Below are positions 35,101-49,526 of a stretch of 64,000 nt of DNA, in pieces. This DNA is from Eledone cirrhosa (taxonomy: Eukaryota), in NCBI GenBank assembly GCA_964016885.1, contig OZ024762.1, forward strand, positions 10,416,001 to 10,480,000, written 5' to 3'. The notes beneath the pieces were generated by a model, which saw only the letters and a list, made by a program, of their open reading frames with translations, was not told the DNA's origin and did not search any database. The position numbers were made by a program, and so were the translations under genes. How positions within the stretch are numbered: position 1 is the first letter of the stretch; every line of letters starts with the position of its first letter.

Positions 35101-35997
35101 ATATAATATAATTATTGGGAAGTTCCACCACCCCTAAATATAATATAATTATTGGGAAGTTCCACCACCCCTAAATATTATATAATTATTGGGAGTTCCA
35201 CCACCCCTAAATATAATATAATTATTGGGAGTTCCACCCCCCCTAAATATAATATAATTATTGGGAAGTTCCACCACCCCTAAATATTATATAATTATTG
35301 GGAGTTCCACTTGCCCTAAATATAATATAATTATTGGGGAGTTCCACCACCCCTAAATATTATATAATTATTGGGAAGTTCCACCACCCCTAAATATTAT
35401 ATAATTATTGGGAGTTCAACCACCCCTAAATATAATATAATTATTGGGACGTTCCACCACCCCTAAATATAATATAATTATTGGGAAGTTCCACCACCCC
35501 TAAATATAATATAATTATTGGGAGTTCCACCACCCCTAAATATAATATAATTATTGGCAGGGTTCCACTAGCCCTAAATATAAACTATAATATCAATATG
35601 CACACTACACATGCCACCGAAGGGTGGTTTTTCTGCTAGTGTAATATAATTATTGAGAGGTTACACCACTCCTAAATATGATAAAATTATTGGGGTCTTC
35701 CACTGCCGTTAAACCTTGGGAACAGGCCATGATATCAAATATCTTTAAACCCTTCAGCATTTAAACTGGCCATATCCGACTGCAGCAAGCCACTTATACT
35801 GATGTTATGGTATTGTTCTGAAAATAAATATCAAAATCTCATAGATTCGATATTATGTGAGATAAATATATAAGATAAATCCTTTACCGTGAAAATATAA
35901 TAGTAAATATAGAGTAATGTAAATGCTAATGGGTTAAACAGCCTCTATTATTAATGCTATCTTCTTTATTTCAGTTCCTTTGAATTCAACCGTGTAA
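25041..35997 (+). CDS. Gene A: spliced secreted cysteine-rich protein, 136 aa (exons 25041-25080, 26361-26457, 30970-31046, 32304-32391, 33993-34078, 35975-35997)
   Basis: Six GT-AG exons join in frame (phases 1,2,1,2,1) to [136 protein letters not shown]. Hydrophobic signal peptide, upstream TATA box, AATAAA at 36079, and cysteine pattern shared with gene B. Confidence 0.85.
26361..26457 (+). CDS. Gene A exon 2 ([14 protein letters not shown]...KSQIC)
   Basis: tgtttttcag acceptor, AG|gtaaag donor, open frame with C-x7-C-x17-C. Confidence 0.85.
27795..28045 (-). mobile_element. RTE LINE 3' ORF2 fragment
   Basis: [12 protein letters not shown]...GRPRKTWDE...DRDLWR. Confidence 0.8.
28495..28870 (+). 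mobile_element. Penelope-like element GIY-YIG endonuclease fragment
   Basis: [16 protein letters not shown]...[19 protein letters not shown]. Confidence 0.8.
28890..29590 (+). repeat. Compound satellite CATTCTGTC(TA)n
   Basis: Direct reading. Confidence 0.9.
30970..31046 (+). CDS. Gene A exon 3 ([15 protein letters not shown]...NIC)
   Basis: tttctttacag acceptor, A|gtaagt donor, phase 2 to 1. Confidence 0.85.
31558..32196. repeat. Compound microsatellite GTAC(AT)n
   Basis: Direct reading. Confidence 0.9.
32304..32391 (+). CDS. Gene A exon 4 ([13 protein letters not shown]...GSIN)
   Basis: tctatttcaacag acceptor, AG|gtaagt donor, phase 1 to 2. Confidence 0.85.
32660..33690 (+). repeat. 65-bp minisatellite (~16 units) in gene A intron 4
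   Basis: CCTGAGACATTCTAACCACA recurs at 32666, 32731, 32796, 32861 and so on. Confidence 0.9.
33993..34078 (+). CDS. Gene A exon 5 ([15 protein letters not shown]...KNIC)
   Basis: tcttttacag acceptor, A|gtaagt donor, phase 2 to 1. Confidence 0.85.
34796..35582 (+). repeat. 36-37-bp minisatellite ACCACCCCTAAATATAATATAATTATTGGGAAGTTCC (~21 units)
   Basis: Tandem units in gene A intron 5. Confidence 0.9.
35975..35997 (+). CDS. Gene A terminal coding exon (IPLNSTV*)
   Basis: cttctttatttcag acceptor, TAA stop, AATAAA at 36079-36084. Confidence 0.65.
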
Positions 35998-36279
35998 AGA
36001 AACTGCTACAATTGAACATTTTGACTTCCCAATGACTCTTAATATTCTTACCACTGAGAAACGCTTCACCTTTTTCTAAATAAACCAAAAGACTTTCTTG
36101 CAAATTATTCAGTTGTTTTGAGTTTTATATTTTATTTTTATATATATTCCTACATTGTTCTGTGTCATTATATATATGTGTGTGTGTATATATACATATA
36201 TATATGTGTATATATATATATATATGTGTGTATATATATATATGTATAAATATATGTATATATATACATATATATATAT

Positions 36280-36480
36280 AGGATTTCGCTTCAAGCATAG
36301 CTACGGCTTCCTAAATGTTCTTGTAAACATACCGTGTTTCTTTAGAAATTTTTGTTATGTTTTTGTCGGTGTTTTTGCATTTCACTAGGCGTTTCTTAAA
36401 TGAGGAAACGTTAGTATTGAGGTGTTCTTTTATTCTTATGTGGAGTGGTCTGGTGGTGCTACCTACGTAGAAGTTGCTGC
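36280..36480 (-). mobile_element. Penelope-like GIY-YIG fragment
   Basis: [17 protein letters not shown] motif. Confidence 0.7.
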
Positions 36481-36570
36481 ATATATATGTATATATATAT
36501 ATATATATATATACATATATATCTATGTATATATATATGTATATATATATATGCATATATATGTATGTGT

Positions 36571-36602
<32 letters not shown>

Positions 36603-36651
36603 GCATATATATGTATGTGTATATATATGTATATATATATATATGTATATT

Positions 36652-36712
<61 letters not shown>

Positions 36713-38614
36713 CTATATATCTATATATATCATCATCGTTTAACGTCTATCTTCCACACTAGCATGGGTTAGATGGGTTTGTCCTATTTAGAGGCAAGCT
36801 GGGTTGGGTGACCGTGACTCACTCATATAGGGCTGTTTTCTACGGCTGGATACCCTTCCTAACGCCAACCACATTTGCAGTGTGGACTGGCTGTTTTTTA
36901 CCATGTCACCTACACAACCTCTTTACAGTGTGGACTGGGTGCTTTTTGCCATGTCTCCTACACGACCTCTTTACAGTGTGGACTGGGTGCTTTTGTCCAT
37001 GTCTCCTACACGTCCTCTTTACAGTGTGGACTGGGTGCTTTTTGCAATGTCTCCTACATGACCACTTTCCCATTGAAAATATCTCTATGTTAATTCAGAA
37101 AAAATGGTAAATCTGATGTAAATGGAATTAAAAATAAGAGATTGATGCAAACAAAAATGTTGAAACCAGGTTATGTGGCAATGACCTCCTAGAGGGGTAT
37201 TGTGGAATTAAGTATTGCCTGGTACTTGTGTCAAGTAACAATGATCCGGGGAGGGGCTATGAACGACAGCTGTAATAACATCAACAACAAATATCCAACA
37301 GTAGTGACAGCTTTCCCACCACCACCAAATAAATAGACAGATAGATAAATATTAAATAGATGAGTCCATTCGTTATGTCAATTATAGTACAGATAATATT
37401 GGAAATAGTGTAATAATAATAATAAAATATATATATATATATATATTTATGCAATCAAAAGGTTGTGAGTGCAATTCTCAGACCGAGTGATGTGTTGTTT
37501 CCTTGAGCAAGACACTTTATTTCACGTTGCTCCAGTTTACTCAGCTGTAGAAATGAGATGATAGGGCTGGGATCCCTATCATTCCACTGTAAAGTGGTCG
37601 TGGGGGTGCCACGGCAAAAAAAAGGCACCCAGCCCACACCGTAAAGTGGTCGTGGAGGTGCCACAGAAAAAAAAGGACCCAGCACTCACTGTAAATGAGG
37701 TTGGTGTTAGGAAGGGCATCCAGCTGTAGAAATCATGCCAGAATCGGTTCCCGTCCCAGCCTTGCAAGCAGGGAAAAGCGGACGTAAAATAATGATGATG
37801 ATGATGATGATATATAAACAAAATTAGCTCAAATATCGAATCTTGAAATGTGAGTGTATTAGAATTTGTAGTACAATGGAAAAGCTTGGCGTAAGGAAGC
37901 TGTTAAAACAGCAAAATATTGTTGATGTAGCGTTGGGTAAAACATTACCTCGAGGGACAGAGATCAGCGACTCGATTCAAGTTGAATTGAAGAAATGATA
38001 GGAAGGAAGAAATAGAATGGATGAGAATAGGTGACAAATATTAAAATATGTTCATCAGATCTCAGCCACTGCAGTTTACACACATACATGTTCCCCACCA
38101 AGGCACAAGTCTGGTCAAGGTGTGTTTGTGGAAGACCAACAGTCACCCATGTATACCAGTCTCCTCTCTCCATGCCACCAATGTTGTCCAAAGGAAAGGC
38201 AATGGCTGATACAACTTGGAACCAGTGATGCCACAACTCATATATACACTCTATATATACATCATGTAAAGTATATATAGACTATGTACATTATCATCAT
38301 CATCGTTTAACGTCCATCTTCCACGCTAGCATTGGTTGAACGGTTTTGTCCCGCTTGAGGCGAGATTGGTCGGGAGACCGTGTCTCGCTCATACAGAACT
38401 GTCTCTGGCAAGTTTCCTAAGGCTGGAAGTACTTCCTAACATCAACCATATTTACAGTGTGGACTGGGAGCCTTTTTACTGTGTCTCCTACACATTATAT
38501 ATACACTATGTACATTATATATACACTATGTACAGTATATATATACTATGTACTGTATATATACACGATGTACAGTATATATACACTATGTACAGTATAT
38601 ATATACTATGTACA

Positions 38615-39810
38615 TAATACTTAGCTTTTGTTGACCTAGAGAAAGCCTTTGATAGTGTACCCCAATCTGTCATCTGGTGATCCCTAAGGAAACTAGGTGT
38701 TGAGGAATGGCTTGTGAGGACAGTGCAAGCTTTGTACAGAGGTGCTGTCTGTAAAGTGAGGGTAGGAATGGAGTTTAGTGAGGAATTCCAGATACAAGGA
38801 AGAGTCCATCAGAGTTCGGTCCTCAGCCCGCTCTTGTTCATTCTAGTCCTCCAAGCCATAACAGAGGAGTTTAAGACTAGCTGCCCATGGGAACTTCTCT
38901 ATACTGACAATCTGGTTTTTATAGCAGAATCAGTAGAGGAGCTAGAGAATAAATTCTGGCTATGGAAACAGCAGTTGGACTTAAGAGGACTGAGAGTGAA
39001 CCTAGCTAAAACAAAAGTGTTGATAAGTAGAAAAAAGGACAAAACTCTGATGGCCATGTTCGATATGCAGAAAAGGAATTGGCATACATTCTATAAAATG
39101 TACACAATGCAGATCTTGGGTACACACGAGATGTAGTGGGATAGCAGGCAAACTACCAGGTAGGGAAAACTACGTATGCAGTAGATGTACAGGGAAATTT
39201 GACAGTAGAAGTCGCATTGATAGACACATTTTTCAAATGCAAGTAGGTTCTATAAAAGTGGTTGATAGCTTCAGTACCTAGGTGATCAGATTAGTATGGG
39301 AGAGGGGGGGGGGGGGTGTTCCGAGGCCATAGTATCTAGAATAAGGACAGGCTGGAAGAAGTTTAGGGAGCTGCTTCCTCTGGTGACAAAGAAGGGTTTC
39401 TCCCTGCATACAAAAGGTTGGTTGTTTGATGCCTGTGTGAGATGCACAATGTTGCATGGTAGTGAGACATGGGCAGCAACTGCAGAGGATATGCGAAGGC
39501 TGAAGAGAAATGAAGCAAGCATGCTCCATTGGATGTGCAATGTCAATGTGAGTGAAAGACCAAGTATGGACGAGTTGAGAGTGAAACTCTATAAGAAGGA
39601 TAAACTGCAGTGTGCGGGAGAAAAGACTGCGTTGGTATGGCCATGCGATGCGTATGCAGGATTACCGCAGGGTGAAGAAGTGCCAAGTAATCCCAGTGGG
39701 AGGAATATGCAGTAGAGGAAGACCAAGGAAGATATGGGCAGAGGTAGTGAGAGCTGACCTCAGATCGTTGAAGCTCAGAGGAGATGATGAAGGAGAGATG
39801 CTGCGCTGAA
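38615..39810 (+). mobile_element. Decayed RTE-clade LINE reverse transcriptase
   Basis: AFVDLEKAFDSVP, VHQSSVLSPLLF, ELLYTDNL, MLHGSETW, RLRWYGH, GRPRKIW; frameshifts and stops. Confidence 0.85.
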
Positions 39811-41149
39811 GAGGATCTGTCCCACCCTTATAAGCAGGGAAAGGTGGATGTATAATGATGATGATATATATATATATGTCCCACCCTTGCAAGCAGGGAA
39901 AAGCAGACGTAAAATGAAAATGATGATATATATATAGATAGATAGATAAATATGTATATATATATATATATATTTATACTTATACGTCATGGTGGCTACA
40001 GGTGCCAATAGGAAGAAACCGGACAATCCTCTGATATTTGTTTATCTTCCTTTCCTTCGTGGGCCGCGGTACCCGGGTTTGTGGCCGAAGCGACCAAGTT
40101 GAAATCGGCCACTGGTGGTTGATATCACCAGGTTAGGAAACCCTGGTTTAGTCGCTCCAGTTATTACTTCGTTAGACATAGTCCGTAATTGAAATTAAAG
40201 CCTAAAGGTGTACTAAAGCCACAAACGTTTTTCTATCTATGAATTATTAGTGGTGTAAACAGATGAATTAAAGTCAAAGTTAACAAATATATCACCAAGA
40301 AGAATATCTAAGGATTTCCAAAGTGTAAAGTCAGCTCAAGCCTGGAGACTTATCAAGCAGGTGCCTGTCCCAGTTCCTGTAGCGTAAAGGGACTGAGAGT
40401 ACATGACTTCCCCCTGGACATGATGTCAGTCGATCGCAGGGTTAACCCCCCACCTATGTGAAATGAAGTTTTTGCTCAAGTAAAACAACTAACAACACAG
40501 TTCAGGAATCGAATACACATATGATCGTAAGACCACGGGCCTCCACTATCGAAGGATCTACCCTTCATTAAAGAATACATTAGACTTATGCTTACGTCGC
40601 CGACATAATTATGGTTGGTCGGAAAGGACATTACTGAAAATAAAGAATGAACAACTAAAGGAAGACAACAGAAACGGTCCCTCCTATCTGAAATATTAAG
40701 GAAGGAATCTACACAGGAGGGCCCATCTTCCTACCAAAAGAATTATTTTAACAAGCCTACATCCTACTGAGCCCAAGAAAGGGGCCTCATAACTAGAACA
40801 GGCCTCATTTGTCCTAAATACGGAGCTGACTTTACATATAATTATATATATGCAATAAAAGCAAAATCTTTAACTTAATTATATATATGCATATGTATAT
40901 ATATATAGTATGTGTGTGTGTATGAAGATGTATGACCCCTAGCAAGCCAAACTACAGTTACTCCCCAACATGGAGAGCAAATTAAAACATTACCTGTTAG
41001 AGACGAACGTGAAATGATTTGTGAGTGAACTACCGGTGTAACAGTAATTATGTTACCGGTGTAACTATTTCTGTTTACCTTATTTTTAAATCACACTCCT
41101 ATATTAGTTTAGTGACCTTTCAATTCAAATAAATTCTTGATGATGAGTG

Positions 41150-41545
41150 AACTCGCATCGGAGTAGCCCAACGCCTTGGCCTCCGCGTGTGTGAGCCACA
41201 TAAATGCTCTCAACGACATAATGAGAAGAAGCCTGGACGCAGCTGACTTTCCATCTCAACAGGAGCCAGCAGGCCTAGGCCGCGGAGATGGCAAGCACCC
41301 CGAGGGAATCACCCTCTTCCCATTCGAAGGAGGTAGATCCACAAACCCCGGCATCGCTGCCCGTCTCGCAGATAAACAAATTCCGGTGTTTGTCCTGGCG
41401 CTTCTTCTACGCACCAGCCGCCGTCGAGACCCCAGGCCTACTTGGACCCATTACAGCTGAGCTCCTCCGCAACATCGGAGTGTCTGTGGCCCGTCTGAGG
41501 ATGGAGTCCCACAAGGTTGGATGCCTGTTGCAGCAGGTGTCACTG
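41150..41545 (+). mobile_element. Fragment of an RLE-type (CRE/NeSL-like) non-LTR retrotransposon C-terminus
   Basis: HINALNDIMRRSL...EPAGLGRGDGKHPEGITLFPF resembles the RH..LND..R.L...EP.GL.R.DGKRPDG restriction-like endonuclease region. Confidence 0.65.
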
Positions 41546-41766
41546 CCCTTACATATATATACGTAAATGTTCCCTTGACTGCTATTTCTAGCATATATTA
41601 ATAGACACTTTAGAAACAGAAGCTAAAAATCTGGAAACAACAGTGTGTGTCTGTATATATATACACAGAGAGAAAGAGAGAGATATAGAGAGAGCAGCCA
41701 AAGACACACACTCATACACATAGGTGTATGTCTGCATGTATGTATATATATGTGTGTCTGTGCGTC

Positions 41767-41803
<37 letters not shown>

Positions 41804-41818
41804 TATTTATATTTATAT

Positions 41819-43003
41819 CAGTGATCCCCAACCTTTAATTAAACAAACCTGCTATGTAGCGATGATCAAATTAAACACCAAAATGTAAACAAACAGCCCA
41901 TAGGTGCTGCCGGATACACGATAACATGTGTAGACGAAGTAAAACTTTTATTACTGTAATATAAAGTAGAAACCCCTTATTTAAACAAAGCTGCGATGCA
42001 GCGATGATCAAAACAAACCTCAAAATGTCAACAAACTTCTCGTAGGTCCTGTCAGATACACGATAACATGTGTATCTGGAAGTTTGGTCGTATTATATCA
42101 CTTTCAAATTGACCCCTATTATATTCAAATTATCCCCTGTGGGGCGTGCACCCCACGTTGAGAATCCCTCATAAATAAATATATGTGAGTGTGTTGCTAT
42201 GACTGCTATTTCTAGCAGGTTTACTGCAGTCCTGTAGACGCACAACAAAAACCGGAAGTGGCAGCCATTAAAAAACTTTGGCTTAAAATCAGGCAAAAGT
42301 TTTTTAACAATTTGCCAAGAAAGATAACTCTTGTCTTACTTAATCGCAAAAATCGAGGCAAAAATTTTGCGGGTGTGCAGTTTGTTTGGTGTATTTGACT
42401 GCTATTTCTAGCATGTATAGACACTTTAGAAATAGCAGCGAAACACGGGAAACATCAGAAAGAAGGACACACACATTTTTGTCTCGATTTTTGCGATTAA
42501 GTAAGACAAGAGTTATCTTTCTTGGCAAAAACACCTTGGTTTGTTTACATTAAATTTTCTATTGTTTAAAAACTTTTGCCTGATTTTAAGTCAAAGTTTT
42601 TTAATGGCTGCCACTTCCTGTTTTTGGTGTGCGTCTACAGGACTGCAGAAAACCTGCTAGAAATAGCAGCCATAGCAACACACTCACATATATTTATTCA
42701 TGAGGGATTCTCAACGTGGGGTGCACGCCCCACAGGGGATAATTTGAAAGTGATATAATACGACCCAACTCCCTGTTACACTTCGTCTACAGATGTTATC
42801 GTGTATCTGGCAGCACCTGCGAGAAGTTTGTTGACATTTTGATCATCGCTGCATCGCAGCTTTGTTTAAATAAAGGGTTTCTACTTTATATTACAGTAAT
42901 AACACTTTTACAAGACTCGGATTGTTTTTATATTAAAGGGGGTACATAAACATATTTTAAATGTCGAGGTGGGGCATGGTGCAGAGAAGGTTTTAAACCA
43001 CTG
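41819..43003. mobile_element. Non-autonomous hAT-type (Charlie-like) element with large internal palindrome
   Basis: TIRs CAGTGATCCCCAACCTT / AAGGTTTTAAACCACTG, near-matching 8-bp flanks atttatat/atatatat; inverted arms ~41930-42310 and ~42560-42910. Confidence 0.65.
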
Positions 43004-46000
43004 ATATATATTTATTTATGCCCTTCTTTCTGTTGTTTTTTAAACTCTGAACTCAGCACCTTTCTGTTGTTCTCCGGGATTCTAGCAAAGTATAATAATA
43101 TATATACATATATATATATATATCTGGTAGTCAACCTCAGACTCGAAAAAGCCGCCGCTAGTCGTGATCGTTGGGGTTATAATTAGACTAAAGTGCTTCC
43201 ACATTGCACCATTAGCTGGTTGTGATCATTGGAGAATTTCTTTCTGCGCTGAAAGAGCCTAGGACTAAAAGATATAAATATATATAGATGTCGAAACGGC
43301 AGTAGCACAGCCGTTGGGGTCCTGAATATTTTCACATCTATATATGCGTGTGTTTTCTGCGACATTTATAATTACATAAGCAAGCATATTTGAATAACAA
43401 AATTTGAGGTTTAAATACTTTATTTTTTACCAATAACATAGAGAAAGGCATGAACAACACCACATGTTAATTACTTTAATATTGAAAGTAGGCTTATAAA
43501 TATTAAAAAAGCAGATTTTTGTATCTTTCATGGTGGTCTGGTGGGTGATACCAGAGATGGTGGTAGTCCTGGTTTCGATTTCAATCCTAGTCATGGGTTA
43601 CATATAAGATTTCAATTTTTTTGACTGGGGTGAAGTGTCTGTCGGTAGAGATCTCAACTCTCACCATACGAAATATATTCAGAAAGAGATATTTCTCCAC
43701 GCCCTCAGTTATCTCGTCTTCATACCGTTTCTATATATATATTTTTTTAATAAATAAAGTTCTAACTATAAGTACGACTAATTTACTCAGTAGAGTTGCG
43801 CTCTGTGCATGGCGCTGCACGTAACGTTTCGCGCTTCGCTGTCGTACTTCGGTATGGCATAATCATTCTATGTGTCTGAAGATCGAATCGTTGCGGCGGC
43901 AGCCCCGCTCTATGCTGGCCGGCGTCCCCGCCTCGCATTGAATTTTTACTAAAAAATTCGCCGTTTGAATTACTTGCCCCTGATTGGAACTCTTCTCGTT
44001 TGTTGTCATTCTTCTTTATTGAATTAAACTGTTAACATCGTTTGGATTTACTCGTGTAATTTGATAGAATCAGTCTGGATATTATACTAATGGTGAGAGG
44101 TATGTAATGTTTTATTTACCGTATATACACTCACAGACATACATTATTCTATATGCCTTTCATCCTTATGGGGTCGATAAAATAAAGTACCAGTAATGCA
44201 CTGGATAATTGCTGGCCTTGTGCCAAAAGTAGAAACAATTATTCTATATACAGAAAGATTCTAGAGACGTACATATTGTTTTATTTAAACCTAAATACAC
44301 ACACAAAACTAGATTTATATATTTATAAATGTTCTTTAGCTGAGGTAAAATACCCTCTAATTTACCTATACGAACGCTTTATTTGCCATGTATATTTTAA
44401 TTCATTGCTAAACACTCGAAAATACAGTCTTAGATATATATTAACATTCTTTAGTGATTGCATTCACCTCTATAATCCATACACTGGAAGAAACGTTTCC
44501 TATCTAGATCAATATACACATATAAAGCTACATTTATATATACACCTTCATTCTTCTAAAGAGGTATGTAATGTTTTAGTTGTCCCTTAAATTCATCGAT
44601 AAACACGTAGTTATTCCTGAGACACAAGAATATATTCCACTATCCTTCATATACAGGAGGAATGTTAGAGACGTATATGTATAATATAACCGTCTTTTTA
44701 CTAAGAATAATAACTAAAACCCCTTCATACTCAGGAAAACTAAACATTATATCTACATACACCGCCTTCTGTCTTATTCATAGTGGTACATTGTTAGAAG
44801 TAACTAACTAAGCCTTCTCTCGAAACTATCATTGCATATTTTAAAATCCACTTCTTCATATACTATATTTAGGTTTAATCAATACATATATTGATGATTG
44901 GAATCATGGTCTTAAGATTACCCAAATCGATACTAACTATTACAAATACAGATCTCTCTAAGGCTATGTTACCTACATATTAATTGTTCTGAAAAGATGC
45001 ATCAGTCTTCTCCTCTATGGAGCAGAAACGTGGCCCCTCACAAAGACGATTGACAGCAGTGCCCTGAGGACCATCACAGCCTTAGTCTCGTTCAACGCAG
45101 TAGCACCTGGTCGGCTCTACTCATGATGATGCCGGTCTAGTCTAACAAGAATAGATGTACAAAATACTCGAATATAAGGAAAATGTTATAAATAAGTATG
45201 CCTATTTGACTCTGTAGAATTGCGGTTTGTGCGTGGCGCTGCACGTAGCGTTTCTGGCTTCGCTGTCGTACTTAGGTATGGCATGACCACTCGATCGTGT
45301 CTGAAGTTCGAATCGTTGCGGGAGTCGGCCGGGTCCACAGCAGGCTGGCCTACTCTCCCCCACGCATGAGTTTTTGCCAAACAATTTGACGAGAGTTATC
45401 TCCCCTTAATTTGAATTATTTGCCCTTTGTTTACATTGAACTACTTCCGGTTTGTGGAACTCTTCTTACTTTGTTGTCATTTCTTTTCAGTGCATTGAAG
45501 TGGTAACATTCTACTTACTTGGATTTTACGTTCGTGTAAAGAGGTATGTAAAGTTTTATTTGCCGTATATACACACACATTGTTGAGACACAAAAGTAAG
45601 TTGCCATGTCTTTTAAAGAAACAAAACTAAATATATACACGCAGCTACCTCTTCTAACTAAACATACATGTTACCCTCCTCTATTATGAAACAAAACTAA
45701 CCATGATCTGTATATATACACACCTCTTCTAACATGTTACAACTAAATCTTCTCTCGATACTATATACATACTTGTAAGGAAATATAACCAAGCTTCCTC
45801 TCTATACACATTTTATCTTCTGTATATAAACCTTATACCTGAATACACACACAGATATTCTATATACAAGAAGACACTTTTTCACGTAAATACACAAACA
45901 CTTCAGGCATATTTATGTATTTGCCGTAAATTTATTCTAAACCATGTAGAGGAAGAATCCTGGGGACATACGTACACATGAAGCTATATTCATATATAAA

Positions 46001-47004
46001 CGGTCTCCCTTCTATCATAACAGATACTTATGAGGCGCAATATACAAACTTGTTCATACTGGAATAATAGACATGAAACTAAACCTTCTCTAGACATGAA
46101 TATAGAAGCTAAACCATACAGTTATATTTTATATCTAACGAAGCATGGTAGCTCCATTACTCTGCCGTAAGACTCCTTACTACTACTTCTAGCATCCTCA
46201 CCTACTTGATAGCTACATCATCCATATATAAACGTTCTTCACTAGATACAAAACTAAACCTTTATATATACACAACTAACCTATTTTATATTCCTAAGGA
46301 ACAGCACCAGACCTGGAGACTACTACAACCCTATCTCCAGAAAGAAAGGTAAATAAATTGTGAAATAAAAGAATAAACCAGTATTTTCCTTTGTTGCCTT
46401 ATTATTTACTCCCTGTATATATACACACACACTAGACACCTCTTACACTGTAGGAAGACAAAAACCTTCTGTCACTGTATACTAGATTCATATTATATAA
46501 ATTATTTCCTAGATACACACCTATTAGAAACAAGCCATCTCTATATACAGGTAAATAGCATCAATGTAGACATGTCTGTATATAAGAAACTGTATTCTAT
46601 AGAATATATCTAAACCCACATTGTGTGTGTCTCTTTAAATTATACACGTGTATGTAGAAAGCTGGAAGTGAACATCATACATATATAAGATAAGAGGTTT
46701 TGATCTGTACATACATATCAATACATCCTCGCTAGATACTACACATACGTCTCTTAGGAAACTACTACTATTGTTCTTTTAGTTGTGTATAAGCATCTCA
46801 TAGTAGAACGTGTACATGCTTCCTAAGAAGCAAGAGAGCTAACTGTTCTCCTCTAGACAGGCATACTCACCATATATAAAGCATATCTTCATTGTAAATT
46901 TAGAAGTTACACTACACAGATATAAAGACAACAACCTACATACATATTAATACCCTTATATCTCTAGACTACTGTATTATATAAATATAGCTAAGGAATT
47001 AAAG

Positions 47005-48078
47005 ATGTATGTATGTGTATACATATGTATGTATATATACGTATGTATGTACACATACATACGTATATATACAGACATACGTATGTATGTATATATACAT
47101 ACATATGTAGATATACATACGTATATATATATATATACTTACGTATGTATGTATACATACATATATATGCATACGTATGTATGGATACATGCACACATAT
47201 GTATGTATACATACATATGTATGCATGTATCCATACATACGTATGCATATATACATACGTATGTATGTATATATACATACGTATGTATAAATATATACAT
47301 ACATATGTATGTATACATACATATGTAGACATATACATACATTCGTATGTATGTATACATAGACGTATGTATATATAGATACATGCATATGTATACATAC
47401 GTACGTATGTATATATACATGTATATATACTTACGTATGTATGTGTATATATGCATACGTATGTATATATACAGACATATGTATGTATATATACATGTAT
47501 GTATGTATATATACATACATATATGTATGTATACATACGTATGTGTATGTATACATACGTATGTATGTATATATATGTCTATATACATACGTATGTATGT
47601 ATATATACATGTATGCATACATGTGTATGTATACATACATATGTATATATACATACACATGTATATATACATACGTATGTATATACATACGTATATATAT
47701 ACATACGTAGGTATGTATATATACACGTCTGTATGTATGTATACATACATACGTATATGTACACATACATACATATGTATATATACATACATACGTATGT
47801 AGACATATACATACGTACGTATATATACATACGTACGTATGTATACATATATATATACATACGTATGTATATATATATGTATGTATACATGTATGTATAC
47901 ATACGTATGTGTATATACATATGTATATATACGTATGTATGTATATATACATATGTATGTATGTATATATATACATATGTATGTATGTATATATATACAT
48001 ATGCATGTATATATATATACATATGTATGTATATACACATGTATGTATATACTTACTTGTATATATACATACGTATAT

Positions 48079-48117
<39 letters not shown>

Positions 48118-48147
48118 TATGTATGTATATATATAAACATACATATA
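47005..48147. repeat. Degenerate TACA/TATG/TACG microsatellite field
   Basis: Direct reading; source of the long Y/I/V/C/H pseudo-ORFs. Confidence 0.9.
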
Positions 48148-49526
48148 GCTAAGGAGTTGAACTTTTTTCTCTAGATAGAGATAAGTATGTGTATTCTATA
48201 GGATACTATTACCTTAAAACCACCTGTATATATACACTTACTTCTATAGAATCCATACATATTAACACCCTTCTATCTCTAGGCATATGTATACAGACAG
48301 AAAGAAAGAAATGGCCTCACTATAATACTGCATTATATACACTACTTTCATGAAAGATGTTTCAAACTGAATTCATACTTCTATTCCTATATACATACTG
48401 GGAGAGATATAGAATACAAATTTATTCTATATACAGAAGGAAATAAACTTACGTATATATACACATTATAAATGTTTATAATATGAAACTTCTTTATTAA
48501 TACCTCTATCCCTATATACTTACTGGTAAGTATGAGAGAGATATAGAATATCCACATAACCCTGTATATATAGATATTATAACCTCTTACAGGAGATATA
48601 GAATACCTATATACACAGAAAGAAATAAACTTGCTAGGATTACTGTATTATATATATATACATACAGTTTCCATTCTCAAAGAAACTTTTCTATAGCACC
48701 ACACTTACTTCTTTCAGTAAGAAGGATGTTTCTTACTGGGATTCTATAGTGTACATACACATTAATTAATCTATTCTATATATACACTTCTTTCAAGAAG
48801 GATGTTTCTCACTAATTACATAATAATTGAATTCTCTCGCATGTTAATACCTTTTTATCTCTAGGCATGTGTTTAACAATCCACTAGTTATATATACACA
48901 GCTGTTAATTCCTATATATTTAATATGAATGGAAGTTAAACGATCTACATGTAAGATACTACCTGTGTATATATATAAGAAACAAAAATGTGAAATAAAG
49001 ATCAATAAATAAACTACATTTTGTTGTTGGAGTTATTTTATTTCTTGAGACGACTGTGTGTATTTACACACCAAGTTGAGCTAGCGGAGATCTTCAACAT
49101 ACCTGGAAAGAAGCAGAGGGTATTAATAAAAACAATCCAGATTACACAGCTCTAACACCAATACTTTTCTAGAGGCAGAAATTAAACCTCTTTATCATGA
49201 ACAGTTTAGTTTCTTAGGAGAGTGGGTATAGGGATGTGAAATACAGTTTCTTATATGCCTCTAGATAAGGTATTACTGTATATATGGGTTTTTTTAATTA
49301 TAGAGAAGGATAGTAAATATAAGCCTTCTAGATGTTACAGAGGAGGCTCTACATACAAAAAGTAGATTCTTTGCTGTGTACACACAATATCTAGTAGTAA
49401 GTTTCTATATATATATAGAAGTGTATTATATACACACATGTGTACAATATTTATATAACAAGGCAGTGTATTCTATAAAAAACTGTATGTATGGGGAGTT
49501 TTTTTCCTCTATTGAGAAGGATAGTG

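Noticed and set aside
43285-43325. Hammerhead half GAAACGGC...GCCGTT (related sequence at 20915-20955, -)
   Set aside because: No intact CUGANGA box upstream; at best a decayed remnant.
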